This document shows, piece after piece, positions 9,213 to 19,508 of a stretch of 64,000 nucleotides of DNA. Source of the DNA: a virus; IMG/VR virus record IMGVR_UViG_3300036851_000497, positions 2,558-66,557 of that record. One strand, 5' to 3'. The notes under the pieces were generated by a model that had not been told where the DNA came from, made no database searches, and worked only from the letters and a program-made list of their open reading frames with translations. Position 1 is the stretch's first letter. Every line of letters starts with the position of its first letter. The position numbers and the translations under genes are program-made.

Positions 9213-10367
9213 ATGGAAGCGAAAGATCTGCTTGAGCTGATCAAGCAAACGATGCACGACCGCGACGAGGCAATGAAAAAAGTCCTCGACGAAATCAAGA
9301 CCAAGGGCGAGGCGGGTGCTGCCGCGAAGGCAGAGCTCGAAGCGGTAAAGGCGGAATACAACAAATTGACGGATCGCCTGTTTCTTTTGGAGCAGAAGAT
9401 TTCTGCGCCGCCAGAAACAAATACTGCGGAAAAAACGCTCGGTGAGCAATTCACCGATAGCGACGACTTCAAGCATCTGCTAAAGACTCGTCGCGGCTCT
9501 GCGGTGTTGAAGGTGCCGAGTCTGCAACAAAAAACGACGATCACCTCAGCGGCCGTTGGCACGGTGCTCCGCGCACAACGCTTGGAAGGCATTATCACTC
9601 CGCAACTTCGGCAGTTTCGAGTACGCGACTTGATGGCGCAAGGTAACACCACTTCCAACGCGATCGAATACGTGAAGGAAAACGTATACACGAACGCGGC
9701 GGCGCCAACGGCTGAAACAATCGCAAAGCCTGAAAGCGCGCTGACGTTCACTGTCGCAACCGCGCCAGTGCGCACCATCGCGCATTGGATTCCTGCTACG
9801 AAGCAGGTTTTGGACGATATGGCCCAACTACGCGGCTATATCGATGGGCGTTTGATTTGGGGACTCGAATTTGTCGAAGAAACGCAATTACTCTCGGGCG
9901 ACGGGACTGGCGTAAACGTCCTCGGCATTATTCCTCAAGCCACCGCCTATGACACCGCACTTACTGTCGCCGGTGATACCAAGATTGACAAAGTGCGCCA
10001 CGCGATTTTGCAGGCGAGACTCGCCGAGTTTCCGGTTGACGGAATTATCCTAAACCCAACGGATTGGCATGACATTGAATTGGTTAAGGACACGACCGAT
10101 AAATATGTCTTCGGTGATCCTAACACCAGCAAGCCATTCAATCTGTGGAGCCGGGCCATTGTCGAAACGGCGGCCATCGCTGCTGGCACTTTTCTAGTTG
10201 GCGCGTTCCGTATGGCCGCACAAGTGTGGGATCGCGAGGATGCGAATGTGGAAGTGTCAACGGAGCATAGCGATTTCTTCGTGAAAAATTTGGTTGCCAT
10301 CAGAGCCGAAGAACGGCTCGCGCTCACAGTCTACAGGCCCGGGGCCTTCATCACGGGTTCATTCTGA
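9213..10367 (+). CDS. major capsid protein, HK97 family
   Basis: Coiled-coil delta domain; TIAHWIPATKQVLDD, EETQLLSGDG, NLVAIRAEERLAL. Confidence 0.96.
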   Translation: MEAKDLLELIKQTMHDRDEAMKKVLDEIKTKGEAGAAAKAELEAVKAEYNKLTDRLFLLEQKISAPPETNTAEKTLGEQFTDSDDFKHLLKTRRGSAVLKVPSLQQKTTITSAAVGTVLRAQRLEGIITPQLRQFRVRDLMAQGNTTSNAIEYVKENVYTNAAAPTAETIAKPESALTFTVATAPVRTIAHWIPATKQVLDDMAQLRGYIDGRLIWGLEFVEETQLLSGDGTGVNVLGIIPQATAYDTALTVAGDTKIDKVRHAILQARLAEFPVDGIILNPTDWHDIELVKDTTDKYVFGDPNTSKPFNLWSRAIVETAAIAAGTFLVGAFRMAAQVWDREDANVEVSTEHSDFFVKNLVAIRAEERLALTVYRPGAFITGSF

Positions 10368-10416
10368 TCCACGTAAACGGGCAGAGAAATCTGCCCGATT
10401 TTTTGAGGAGATCATC

Positions 10417-10659
10417 ATGGTAGAGCAAGAACGCGTAGTCGAGATGGTCGCGCAGCGGCAGACTACAGGAACGTACGGCACGAAATTCAAAGATGAGGAA
10501 TTCATAACTGACCCAGACACGGCAAAAACGCTGGAAGCGATGGGTATCGCGAAACGCAAGCATAAAAAGAACGAAGCGACAGAAGAAGAAGAGGCTAAAG
10601 CAATGCCTGCGCACTCAACGAAGATCAAGGAAACGCACGCGAACAAATCTCACAAGTAA
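10417..10659 (+). CDS. small head-associated hypothetical protein
   Basis: GAGGAG SD, ATG at 10417; position after capsid gene. Confidence 0.6.
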   Translation: MVEQERVVEMVAQRQTTGTYGTKFKDEEFITDPDTAKTLEAMGIAKRKHKKNEATEEEEAKAMPAHSTKIKETHANKSHK

Positions 10660-10683
10660 CTCCTCCTCCTACGAGGAACATCG

Positions 10684-10711
10684 CGGGAGCGTTCATCGCT
10701 CCCGTTTTTTT
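10684..10711 (+). terminator. intrinsic terminator
   Basis: cgggagcg-ttcat-cgctcccg followed by T run. Confidence 0.8.
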
Positions 10712-10738
10712 GTGCGGATTTAATTCAAGGAAAAAACC

Positions 10739-11173
10739 GTGGCCACATTCGTTCATTTTCATGAATACAAAGGCAATCTTGGCAAGAAGATCCATGATCT
10801 TGTCAACGATACCTTCAAGGTGATGTTCACCAATACCGCGCCGGATGCCGCCGCCAATACAGTCAAGGCCGATATCACCGAAATTACCGCTGGCAATGGT
10901 TACACGGCTGGCGGGGCCACGCTAACCGGCACTTCGTGGGCGGAAACAGGCGCCGGCACTGGCATCTGGCGCTTGACATTCACAGATCCGTCATGGACGG
11001 CGAGCGGCGGCAGCATTGGCCCTGCCCGCTATGTCGTGATCTATGACGATACGCCCACTTCGCCCGCTGATCCGCTCCTTGGATATTGGGATTACGAAAC
11101 AGCCTTCACCATAACTGACGGCAATACCTTCACTGCGGATATTGGCGCGCAGGGTGTTTCTGAATTGAGCTAG
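10739..11173 (+). CDS. putative virion structural protein (head cassette 2)
   Basis: GNGYTAGGATL, DPSWTASGGSIGPARYVVIYDDT; type of protein I recall preceding LamG fibre genes. Confidence 0.65.
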   Translation: MATFVHFHEYKGNLGKKIHDLVNDTFKVMFTNTAPDAAANTVKADITEITAGNGYTAGGATLTGTSWAETGAGTGIWRLTFTDPSWTASGGSIGPARYVVIYDDTPTSPADPLLGYWDYETAFTITDGNTFTADIGAQGVSELS

Positions 11174-11181
11174 GAGTGCAG

Positions 11182-11616
11182 ATGGATTACGTCGCACTCA
11201 AAGCAGAAATAGAAACAGGTCCGCTTGCCTCCGAGCTCGCGCCGCACATCGCGAACGGCAACGATCAGGCGATTGCCGATGCGTTGAATCGCGTGGATGC
11301 CGCCAGACTGATCGATCGCACAATCGTTCCCGCGCACGAGATCATAGATGCCACAGTGGTTGCCGATTGGACAGGGCTTTCCGCCGCCGAGCGATTGCGC
11401 TATCAGACGATCACCGGCGCCGGCGAAGTCAATCTCAAAAATCCAAATGTGCGCGCATCGTTTCAGCAGATGTTTGGGGCCGGAAGCGGCACGCGTACGG
11501 CGTTGTTGGCGCTGCAAAAAAGATCGGGGAGCCGCGCAGAAGAGATCGCCGACACGCTGAAAACGAATGGCGCAATCACGCCTACCGACGTCTCAATCGC
11601 ATTGAGGAAAACATAA
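11182..11616 (+). CDS. hypothetical protein
   Basis: GGAG SD; coupled to next gene. Confidence 0.65.
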   Translation: MDYVALKAEIETGPLASELAPHIANGNDQAIADALNRVDAARLIDRTIVPAHEIIDATVVADWTGLSAAERLRYQTITGAGEVNLKNPNVRASFQQMFGAGSGTRTALLALQKRSGSRAEEIADTLKTNGAITPTDVSIALRKT

Positions 11617-12098
11617 TGGCCGCCGGCGATCTCGTTTACGGAACGCGAACTGTCCTGGCCAATATCTCGCGGCTTCATTCCGACACCAACAATCTGGCGA
11701 CTGCATTCGGTGAAGTCGATAACTCTGCGACGCTCGCTCTTGATTACGACATTCATATCGTTGTTCCAATTTCATCGAGCGCAACGGCTGGCAGCTACGA
11801 TCTCTATATGGTTGAGAGTCAGGATGGCGCGGAATGGACAGACAACATTGATCCGGCCACCGATTCTGATTATGCCGACGCAATGAAGGACGCAATCCTG
11901 ATCAAGCAGGCGCCGACGATCTACGATAACTCGCCAACAGGAATCCGAACCGAAGTCGAATTTCATTTCAGGCTGGGCGATTACGTATCGTTTCCATCCA
12001 AGTTCTTCGGTTTCGTGCTCGTCAATAAAAGCGGGCAGACCATCCCGGCATCCGGTGCGGATGGCGATTCGCAAAGCATCAAAATAGCCGCAGCATGA
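11616..12098 (+). CDS. putative structural beta-sandwich protein
   Basis: ATG overlaps previous stop (TAATG); true start MAAGDL. Confidence 0.6.
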   Translation: MAAGDLVYGTRTVLANISRLHSDTNNLATAFGEVDNSATLALDYDIHIVVPISSSATAGSYDLYMVESQDGAEWTDNIDPATDSDYADAMKDAILIKQAPTIYDNSPTGIRTEVEFHFRLGDYVSFPSKFFGFVLVNKSGQTIPASGADGDSQSIKIAAA

Positions 12099-13561
12099 CC
12101 ATCATTGCCATACCGCGCCGCGCGCGCGTATGGAGGCAATCCGGCTCGACCCTTTTCGATGCGAGCGGGGATTTTCTCAATCGCACAACCGGATTGCTCG
12201 ATGCCAATGATGTTTATACATGGAGCGCGTGGTGGCAGCTTGTTTCCGATCTCAACGCGCAGGGAAACATGTTCATCCTGTCGAATGCAGCAGGAACAGT
12301 GCAGGAGCGGATGCAAGTTGGCGCCAATGGCACTTTGCTTTCTTCGTTTGGCAGCGGAACTGTAACTGGAAGCGATCTCACCATCGGTGTCTGGTATTAC
12401 CTGACCATGCTCCGTGAATCGGATACCAGCCAAAAAATTTACATCAATCGCGCTCTCGATATCACCAACACTAATGATGTTTCGGCGCGCGCGGCTCTCG
12501 ATGGTTTTCAGCGGATTAATCACACTAGCACACGCGTGCATGCCCGCGTCGCGAACCCGATGGAGTGGACGGTCGCTCTCACTCAAAATGAAATCGGGCG
12601 GCAGATGCATTCCTTAAGGCCGATTGTCCGCCTCGACAAGTTGCATGCGTGGCACCCTGGATTCCCACGTAGTGTTGATCGAACCAAAGATTTTTCGGGC
12701 AATGGGCGCAACTGGACGGAAAACGGGACGCTTACTACTGAGCGTGGTCAATTGCTTTGGGTTCCGGTTCAGCGCAAACGGTTTTTTATCATCGGCGCCG
12801 CTCCGATCACGCTCGATGCGGGCAAGGGCGATTTAACGCTAACTCCGCGCGCGGCGATATTTCAGATCAAGCTCGCCGCAAATAGTGCAGCGCTGACCGC
12901 GACTCCGAGAACCGCAACACTTGATACCGCGCTGGCAACGGCACCAGCTCAGGTCACAACCACTGGTGAAACGGCAGCGCTCAATACGACGCTTGCGGCA
13001 AATAAGGGAAGTTTAAGTCTTGCCGGCGGAACAGCCGAGCTTAAGATTGTATTAGCCGCCGGAGAAGGCGCGCTCAGCGCGGACGCGAGAACTGCGGCAC
13101 TTAATACCGCGCTCGCTGCTGGGCGTGGACAACTTACAGCAACCGGTCGCGATGCGGCGCTCAACTTGGGCGGCAATATCACGCTTGCGGCATCGGTCGG
13201 AACGCTATCACTTGCCGGACAGCCAGCGACCTTTGCGCTGAAACAAATCTCAAGCGCTGCAGCGCTGGTGCTCGCGGGGCAACTTGGCACATTCAAACTG
13301 AATCTATCAGCGAGCGAAGGCGGAATCCTCGTGACGCCGCGTGGCGTGACATTCGCGACGAATCTGCTGGTTGGACCTGGAGCCTTACCACTCGTCGGTA
13401 GAGCCGCGGTATTTCAGCATCTTTTCGCCGTAGGCAATGGCGCTATTCTGCTCACCGGCAGAACAGCCGATTTGGTGATTCTATCCGCAGGCACGCCAGC
13501 AGTGATTACCGCCTATGACCGCGCATTGACCGCCGTAACCTCTTCCGAGCAGGATTTATGA
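12095..13561 (+). CDS. LamG/concanavalin-A-like domain plus eleven ~20-aa repeats (putative fibre)
   Basis: YTWSAW, GVWYYL, KIYIN, ALTQNEI, KDFSGNGRN (LamG-like); repeats encoded at ~12803-13474. Confidence 0.7.
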   Translation: MTIIAIPRRARVWRQSGSTLFDASGDFLNRTTGLLDANDVYTWSAWWQLVSDLNAQGNMFILSNAAGTVQERMQVGANGTLLSSFGSGTVTGSDLTIGVWYYLTMLRESDTSQKIYINRALDITNTNDVSARAALDGFQRINHTSTRVHARVANPMEWTVALTQNEIGRQMHSLRPIVRLDKLHAWHPGFPRSVDRTKDFSGNGRNWTENGTLTTERGQLLWVPVQRKRFFIIGAAPITLDAGKGDLTLTPRAAIFQIKLAANSAALTATPRTATLDTALATAPAQVTTTGETAALNTTLAANKGSLSLAGGTAELKIVLAAGEGALSADARTAALNTALAAGRGQLTATGRDAALNLGGNITLAASVGTLSLAGQPATFALKQISSAAALVLAGQLGTFKLNLSASEGGILVTPRGVTFATNLLVGPGALPLVGRAAVFQHLFAVGNGAILLTGRTADLVILSAGTPAVITAYDRALTAVTSSEQDL

Positions 13562-13562
13562 A

Positions 13563-13859
13563 ATGGGGATCAATCGTTACGATAAAGGCGACATCGTGCG
13601 CGTCTTCGGAGAATTCAGGAATCTCGCTGGCGCGCTGATCGATCCGACGAATCTTTCCATAAAATTCACCAACATTGATGGCGTTGTGACGACATATATC
13701 TACGGCACGAATGCAGAGCTCGCCAGAGATTCAACTGGCATATTCCATGCTGATCTCGTCGCAAATCTGGCTGGTCGTTGGTATTACCGCTGGCAATCAA
13801 CTGGGGTTGGACAGGGCGGACAGGAAGGTGAATTCGTCGTCGAGAGCGGAGCATTCTGA
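13563..13859 (+). CDS. small Ig-like structural protein
   Basis: STGIFHAD...AGRWYYRWQSTG motif; precedes adaptor gene. Confidence 0.55.
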   Translation: MGINRYDKGDIVRVFGEFRNLAGALIDPTNLSIKFTNIDGVVTTYIYGTNAELARDSTGIFHADLVANLAGRWYYRWQSTGVGQGGQEGEFVVESGAF

Positions 13860-13861
13860 AA

Positions 13862-14485
13862 ATGGGACTCGCGCTCATTATTGCACCAACCGGTGAACCG
13901 CTCACATCCAATGAAGCGAAACTCGATGGCAAGATCGAGTACACGGAAGATGATGCGTTGATTCTCTCCATGATCATTACAGCGCGGCAATTAGCCGAGC
14001 ACAAGACTGGACGACAATTGATGACGGCAACCTACGATCTCACGCTCGATTGTTTTCCGCCGTGGAATGGACACACGATCACATTAGGGCGGCGAGGACA
14101 GATTGTCTTGCCGCTGCCGCCATTGCAAAGTGTTAGCAGCATCGTTTATGTGGATCCGAATGGTGCCACGCAAACGCTGGCGACGAGCGAATATGTTGTC
14201 GATGGCGCAGATACGAATGACGATAAATGTCCGCCGGGAAGAATATTCCCCGCTTACGATAAAGTCTGGCCGGATATTCGAAGACAACCGAACGCGGTGA
14301 AGATTCGCTTTGTGGCGGGCTACGCCAATGTCGCCAAGGTGCCGGAGGCAATTCGCCGCTGGATGCTCATGCGAATTGGTGCCATGGATAAGAACCGTGA
14401 GGCGGCGGCAATGGGTCAAATCAATGAACTGCCGCGCGATTTCTTGGACGGGCTTTTAGATCCATTCAGAATTTATTCGCTCTAA
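13862..14485 (+). CDS. head-tail connector (gp6/gp15-like)
   Basis: EPLTSNEAK, ARQLAEHKTGR, PPLQSVSSI, AVKIRFVAGY, VPEAIR. Confidence 0.9.
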   Translation: MGLALIIAPTGEPLTSNEAKLDGKIEYTEDDALILSMIITARQLAEHKTGRQLMTATYDLTLDCFPPWNGHTITLGRRGQIVLPLPPLQSVSSIVYVDPNGATQTLATSEYVVDGADTNDDKCPPGRIFPAYDKVWPDIRRQPNAVKIRFVAGYANVAKVPEAIRRWMLMRIGAMDKNREAAAMGQINELPRDFLDGLLDPFRIYSL

Positions 14486-14818
14486 ATGCTCGCCGCCGGT
14501 CAAATGCGTGATCGCATCACGTTGCTAGAGAAGTCTGTCCTGCGGGATGCCTTCGGTGGTGAAGTTATTACATGGGTTGATAGAACTACGGTTTTTGCCA
14601 AAGCTCAGCCCTTGCGTGGTAGAGAATTCTTCGCTGCCCAGCAAGTGCAATCTGAAATCAGCGTGCGCTTCGTGCTGCGTTATGACTCCGCACCGGCTGG
14701 ATTGAACTCAGCTTGGCGCGTGAACTGGCGCAATCAGCAATACGACATCGTCGAAATCATCGACGTTGACGCACGCAAAACCGATATGGAGCTCATGTGC
14801 AGAACGGCGCAGAACTGA
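14486..14818 (+). CDS. head-tail adaptor / stopper (SPP1 gp16-like)
   Basis: AGQMRDRITL, PLRGREFFAAQQ, YDIVEI. Confidence 0.9.
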   Translation: MLAAGQMRDRITLLEKSVLRDAFGGEVITWVDRTTVFAKAQPLRGREFFAAQQVQSEISVRFVLRYDSAPAGLNSAWRVNWRNQQYDIVEIIDVDARKTDMELMCRTAQN

Positions 14819-15036
14819 AGAAAGCGAAGATAACGATTAGAGTCGATGATAGCGGCTTGACAGCTTATTTGGATGATGGCCGACCACTTCATGGAGTCAC
14901 AAAGATAGAAACGACACTTCTTCCGAATGAAATCGTGAAAACTGTCATCGAATTGATTGGCATTGAACATCAAATTCCGCCGGAAGTGTTGATTCCTGGC
15001 AGAAAGAAGAAACCATTAGCTGGGCAGGTTGAATGA
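14797..15036 (+). CDS. hypothetical protein
   Basis: Fills the gap between neck genes; start uncertain. Confidence 0.45.
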   Translation: MQNGAELKKAKITIRVDDSGLTAYLDDGRPLHGVTKIETTLLPNEIVKTVIELIGIEHQIPPEVLIPGRKKKPLAGQVE

Positions 15037-15575
15037 TCGAGGTTAGACACAATCTCCCTGAGTTCAAAGCGCAACTAGCCGCCTTCGGTCAGGACTTCGA
15101 GAAGCGAACCGTGCGCGCTGCCGCGAATGCTGCGGCACAAGTATTCAAAAAGCTGGCCGTCTCAAATGTCAGGCAACGCACGAAGGGAACCGGTTTGCTG
15201 GCGCGTTCTATATACGTCAAACGCTCTCGTCGCGGTTCAGTGCGAGGTCAAGAGCATTACATGGTCGGTTTCAGACAAGGCCGAGCCGCCAGAGCAGTTA
15301 AGCGTAAAGGCGGCGCAATTAACCTAGATGCCTTCTATGGTCGCTTTCTCGAATATGGCTGGATTCCACGCGGGCGAGGCAAAGGCTTCCGTGGCGGGCG
15401 CCGCTCGCGCGCATTGCAACGCGAGCGCGCTCTTAGTTCCGGCGCACAGAAAATCACGAAATACCGATTTCTCGCGCCGGCATTCGCGCAAGGTAAGGAT
15501 GCGGCGCTTAAGGCATTCTTCGCCAAAGTCGAGCAGCGCATCGCTAAAGAAAATGCAAAACGAAGTATTCGATGA
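15033..15575 (+). CDS. HK97 gp10-family tail-completion protein
   Basis: TGLLARSI, AFYGRFLEYG, FLAPAF. Confidence 0.85.
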   Translation: MIEVRHNLPEFKAQLAAFGQDFEKRTVRAAANAAAQVFKKLAVSNVRQRTKGTGLLARSIYVKRSRRGSVRGQEHYMVGFRQGRAARAVKRKGGAINLDAFYGRFLEYGWIPRGRGKGFRGGRRSRALQRERALSSGAQKITKYRFLAPAFAQGKDAALKAFFAKVEQRIAKENAKRSIR

Positions 15576-15928
15576 GCGCAGAAACCGCAGTTTATGACGC
15601 GCTCAGATTGAATGCGGGAGTGACCGCAGTCATCGCTCAGCGCATTTACCCTGATTTGCTCGCGCAGGAAATCGTTTTGCCGGCCGTCGTCTATCAACGC
15701 GCCGGGACCGATTACGTGACAACGATACATACGAACGCAGTGCAAGCCACTCGCGTTGCGCTCGAGGTGTGGTGTCTAGCCGCGACTCGTGTCGCTGCTG
15801 AATCGCTGGCTGACCTTGTTGAACTCGCAATCGTTTTAACCGGACTGCGCCCAGTTGGGCGCCGACCCGAATTCAATCCAGAAACTGAAACTTTCGCAGC
15901 AGTGCTCGCCTTGGATATCTGGCAATAA
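15572..15928 (+). CDS. tail terminator (DUF3168-like)
   Basis: RIYPD...LPAVVYQR; position before tube gene. Confidence 0.8.
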   Translation: MSAETAVYDALRLNAGVTAVIAQRIYPDLLAQEIVLPAVVYQRAGTDYVTTIHTNAVQATRVALEVWCLAATRVAAESLADLVELAIVLTGLRPVGRRPEFNPETETFAAVLALDIWQ

Positions 15929-15953
15929 ACACTTGAGTTTGTGATCTGGCATC

Positions 15954-15980
15954 GAGCCGCGTGAATCGCGGCTTTTTTTA
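15954..15980 (+). terminator. intrinsic terminator
   Basis: agccgcg-tgaat-cgcggct followed by T run. Confidence 0.75.
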
Positions 15981-15997
15981 TTTCTAAGGAGTCTCAC

Positions 15998-16636
15998 ATG
16001 GCAATCAACAAATGGAGTGGCGTCGCTGTCGCGATTCAATCCGCGCTCGCTGCGGCTGACACGATTACAGGCATCACCAAGGCGAATCCCGGCGTCGCCA
16101 CTGCGACAAGCCATGGTTTTGCCAATGGCGACTATGTGAAGCTTACGATTCAAGGGATGCATCAACTTGATGGCCGTGTATTTCGGGTCGCCGCCGTTAC
16201 TACGAATACGTTCGAGCTCGAAGGCGAAAATACGACTAATTACGACACTTTCGTTAGCGGCGAAGCAGAACTCATTACCTTTGGCACAACGATGTCTACG
16301 GCCAGAGGCGTCACCTCATCCGGTGGCGATTTCAATTTCATCGATACCTCGACCATCCACGACAATATTCAGAAACAAATTCCTGGCCAAGCCAATGCGC
16401 TGTCTTTCACTTTTGAAAACTTGTGGGATCCGAGCGATGCGGCGCAGACGGCATTAAAAGCGGCGTCTGACGTTCAAGGTGAGCGCGCAATCAGAATCAC
16501 TTTCGCGACAGGCAACAAGATCGTTTTCAACGGATTCGTTGGGGCAACATTATCGCCCGGCGGAACCGCGCAAGACGTGGTGACGACATCAATCGTTATC
16601 ACGGCGAAGGGTCGATTGACCGTCTATCAAACCTAA
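15998..16636 (+). CDS. major tail tube protein
   Basis: ITGITKANPGVAT, SSGGDFNF, WDPSDAAQ; synteny. Confidence 0.88.
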   Translation: MAINKWSGVAVAIQSALAAADTITGITKANPGVATATSHGFANGDYVKLTIQGMHQLDGRVFRVAAVTTNTFELEGENTTNYDTFVSGEAELITFGTTMSTARGVTSSGGDFNFIDTSTIHDNIQKQIPGQANALSFTFENLWDPSDAAQTALKAASDVQGERAIRITFATGNKIVFNGFVGATLSPGGTAQDVVTTSIVITAKGRLTVYQT

Positions 16637-16641
16637 ACCAT

Positions 16642-16971
16642 ATGGCAATCAAAAAATCACAGATCACCGCACCAACGCTTCCAGAAGAAACTGTGGACGT
16701 GCAGGAGCTCGGCGGCGAAATCATCGTGCGCGGATTATTGCTCAAGGACAAGCTATCGCTTTCTCTCAGGGACGATTATGGCCGCGTGGCGGCGATGCTC
16801 GCGGTATGCGTAGTTGATGCAGAACGCCAGCCAGTCTTCACCGAAGAGCAATGGGAAGCCTACGGTGCGCAGTATTTCAGTTCCGCCATGAATCTTTGGG
16901 ATATTGCCCAACGCCTGTCAGGCATGAATTTGGAAGGCGCAAAAAAAAAGTTGACAGCAGTCCCGAGTTGA
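16642..16971 (+). CDS. tail assembly chaperone (G-like)
   Basis: Between tube and tape-measure genes; ends just after a slippery site. Confidence 0.85.
   Translation: MAIKKSQITAPTLPEETVDVQELGGEIIVRGLLLKDKLSLSLRDDYGRVAAMLAVCVVDAERQPVFTEEQWEAYGAQYFSSAMNLWDIAQRLSGMNLEGAKKKLTAVPS
16944..16950 (+). promoter_or_regulatory. -1 ribosomal frameshift site A AAA AAG
   Basis: In-frame A AAA AAG; the -1 frame is open to 17267 (G-T fusion). Confidence 0.85.
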
Positions 16972-17267
16972 AAATCGCGTTGTTGCTCGCCTTGCAGCTC
17001 GGGCGAACGCTGGAAGAGCTCGGCAATTCTATGAGCGCAGATGAGTTCGGCTTGTGGCTGGCGCTCTATCAGACTGATCCGTGGGATCAAATGCGTAGTG
17101 ATCTCCGCGCTGGAATTATCGCTGCGACCATTGCGAATCACGCCGGTCTCACGCGCAAAGCAGGGGTTCCGCCGTCGATGCCTTCCGACTTCATGCCTTA
17201 TCTCAAGAAGCATGAGGAGCCGGAAGCGGAAGCCGATCCGGTCGCATACTTCAAACAATTCTCGTAA
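16950..17267 (+). CDS. frameshifted chaperone extension (T-like)
   Basis: LALQLGRTLEEL..MSADEFGLW..Y...PW...RSDLRAG motif. Confidence 0.82.
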   Translation, partial: VDSSPELKIALLLALQLGRTLEELGNSMSADEFGLWLALYQTDPWDQMRSDLRAGIIAATIANHAGLTRKAGVPPSMPSDFMPYLKKHEEPEAEADPVAYFKQFS

Positions 17268-17273
17268 AAGATA

Positions 17274-19442
17274 ATGCCGACTTTACAAATTGACATTGCG
17301 GCGCGCTTTGCGCAATTCAGCGATAGTCTTAATAAAATCGAACGCAATACAGCGGCGAGCGTGCAGCGAATGCGCGCCTCTTTCGTGGCACTCGGCAGAA
17401 TCATCGGCACGGTCGGCGTCACCATCGGCACTGCAGCCTTCGCCGGTATCGTCAAGCAAAGCATTCAGGCGGCAGCGGCACTTGATGATCTTTCGGAAAT
17501 CACTGGTAGCTCGGTCGAAAATTTAAGCAAGCTTGACCAAGTCGCGCGAATCAGCGGTATCGGCCTCGAGACCGTTGAGCTTGGGCTTGTACGGCTTACC
17601 AAGGCGCTCGCTGGTGCCGATGATGAAAGCAAAGGTGCTGCTCGCGCACTGGCTCAGATTGGCCTCAGCGCCGCAGAATTGCGAACGCTAGATCCTGCCG
17701 ATGCATTGCAGAAAATAGCCGTCGCACTTTCCAAATACGCCGATGGTGCCGGCAAGACGAACATCGCGCAGCAAATCTTCAAGAAAGGCGGCGAGCAGCT
17801 TTTGCCGCTCTTGAAAGATATGGCAACCGTTGGCAATGTGCACGCGCGTGTTACCGGTGAACAAGCAGCGCAAGCCGAGCAACTTCAGAAACAAATAGCG
17901 CGGCTCAAAGTGGAATTCGGCGGCGCCGCGCAAGCGATTGCGCTCAATTTCATTGCACCGCTGACCCGCTTTTTCGCATTGCTGTCCGAAGGCATACGTC
18001 TGCTTCGCGAATTTCGCCGCGAGGCGGCCGAATTAGCCACATTCGATAAATTCGGGCTTTTCTTTGAGAAGCGCGCAGAACTTCTCAAATTCAAGCAGCA
18101 ACAGGAAGCACTCGCGCTAACGGAAGGCTTGGGAGGCGGTCGGCTTGATCCGCGCGACCTAGGTCCAGCAGCCGCACTTGAAAAATTACCTTTTGAAGTT
18201 GGCGGCGAGGACGCTGCGAATAAAGCCAAGAAGGCCGCAGAAGCAATCAAATCTTTTATAGATAACCTAAAAAAACAGCGCGAGGAATTACGCTTAAACG
18301 AGGTCGCACTGACGCTTTACAACGCGCAACAACTTGCGCTTGAACACGGATTATCAGGCGCGGCGACAACCAAATTTTTAGAGAATGTCCGCGCGATTGC
18401 TCAGCAAACTCAAGAGCTCAAACAACAAGATGAAGTACTTGAGAAAACACGTGATGCGTTCGCTGATTTCACCGATAAGCAATTAGAAGCTGGGTTTGCG
18501 ATGAGAGCGGTTATTGATGACATCCGCTTCGAGACTGGGTTAATCGGTCGTTCCAATGAAGAGCGCGAATTGGCTATAGCTCTGCGGAGAATTGAAAACG
18601 AAACTATCGATAAGCAGAGCGAAAAATACGCAAAACTCGCGGAGAATATTCGCAATGCATTTAAAGAGCGTGAGGCAAAAGTTATCGTGGATCAGCAGAC
18701 GCGCTCTCTATTGCGTGACGTCGGTGTAAAAGATATCGACGCACGTGAGCACGAAAAACTTATAGCCGAGCGTGAAAAAGCGAGAAGCTTGGCTATCGGA
18801 GGGTTTCTTTCGGCTGATGAACTTGAAAAAGAAGAACATCGTATTACTGCCTCCATCATCAATATCGGGAATGTCGCAAAGGAAACGAAAGATCCATTTG
18901 AAGATTTGAAGCGCTCGATTGAAGGATTCGGCCGCGATACCTCAAAAGTGTTTGTTGATCTGCTATTCACCGGCAAAGGCAGTTTTCGCGATTTGATTCA
19001 ATCCATGATCCGCGAGCTCGCTGAGCTGGCCGTCTATAAGGCTATTTTTCAGCCGCTGTTTAACAGTTTCGGCGGATTCGTGACTAAGGGGCTTGTTGCG
19101 CACAGCGGCGGCATCATAGGTTTCGACAGCTTGCCATCAAGGCATATCAACGCCTTGGCGTTTGCTGGTGCACCGCGCTTGCATTCCGGTTTCTTGCCAG
19201 GCGAGTTCCCGGCGATCCTGCAAAAGGGTGAAGCCGTTTTTACCAAAAAGCAGCAGGACAATTTGGTGCCAGCCAGCGGCGGCATGGTCGTCAACAATTC
19301 CATCACAGTGACCGGCGCAGGTGCCAATCTTACCGGCCCGTCTCAAGGAAACGAAATGGCGCGCAGCCTTCAAGCTGTGCTCAACGATTGGGCGCAGCGA
19401 GAATCGCGCCCTGGCGGCTTTTTCGCCTCGCGCAATACCTGA
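17274..19442 (+). CDS. tape measure protein
   Basis: Long Ala-rich helical ORF; C-terminal HSGG...GEFPAILQKGEAV. Confidence 0.92.
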   Translation: MPTLQIDIAARFAQFSDSLNKIERNTAASVQRMRASFVALGRIIGTVGVTIGTAAFAGIVKQSIQAAAALDDLSEITGSSVENLSKLDQVARISGIGLETVELGLVRLTKALAGADDESKGAARALAQIGLSAAELRTLDPADALQKIAVALSKYADGAGKTNIAQQIFKKGGEQLLPLLKDMATVGNVHARVTGEQAAQAEQLQKQIARLKVEFGGAAQAIALNFIAPLTRFFALLSEGIRLLREFRREAAELATFDKFGLFFEKRAELLKFKQQQEALALTEGLGGGRLDPRDLGPAAALEKLPFEVGGEDAANKAKKAAEAIKSFIDNLKKQREELRLNEVALTLYNAQQLALEHGLSGAATTKFLENVRAIAQQTQELKQQDEVLEKTRDAFADFTDKQLEAGFAMRAVIDDIRFETGLIGRSNEERELAIALRRIENETIDKQSEKYAKLAENIRNAFKEREAKVIVDQQTRSLLRDVGVKDIDAREHEKLIAEREKARSLAIGGFLSADELEKEEHRITASIINIGNVAKETKDPFEDLKRSIEGFGRDTSKVFVDLLFTGKGSFRDLIQSMIRELAELAVYKAIFQPLFNSFGGFVTKGLVAHSGGIIGFDSLPSRHINALAFAGAPRLHSGFLPGEFPAILQKGEAVFTKKQQDNLVPASGGMVVNNSITVTGAGANLTGPSQGNEMARSLQAVLNDWAQRESRPGGFFASRNT

Positions 19443-19508
19443 CCATTCCGCGCCGATTTAAACGCGCCCAGATGCGTTTACATGCATTACACGGGGTATT
19501 TCGAATAG

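Noticed and set aside
16851-16943. Independent start for ORF 16851-17267
   Set aside because: Better explained as the -1 frameshift product of the tail chaperone.
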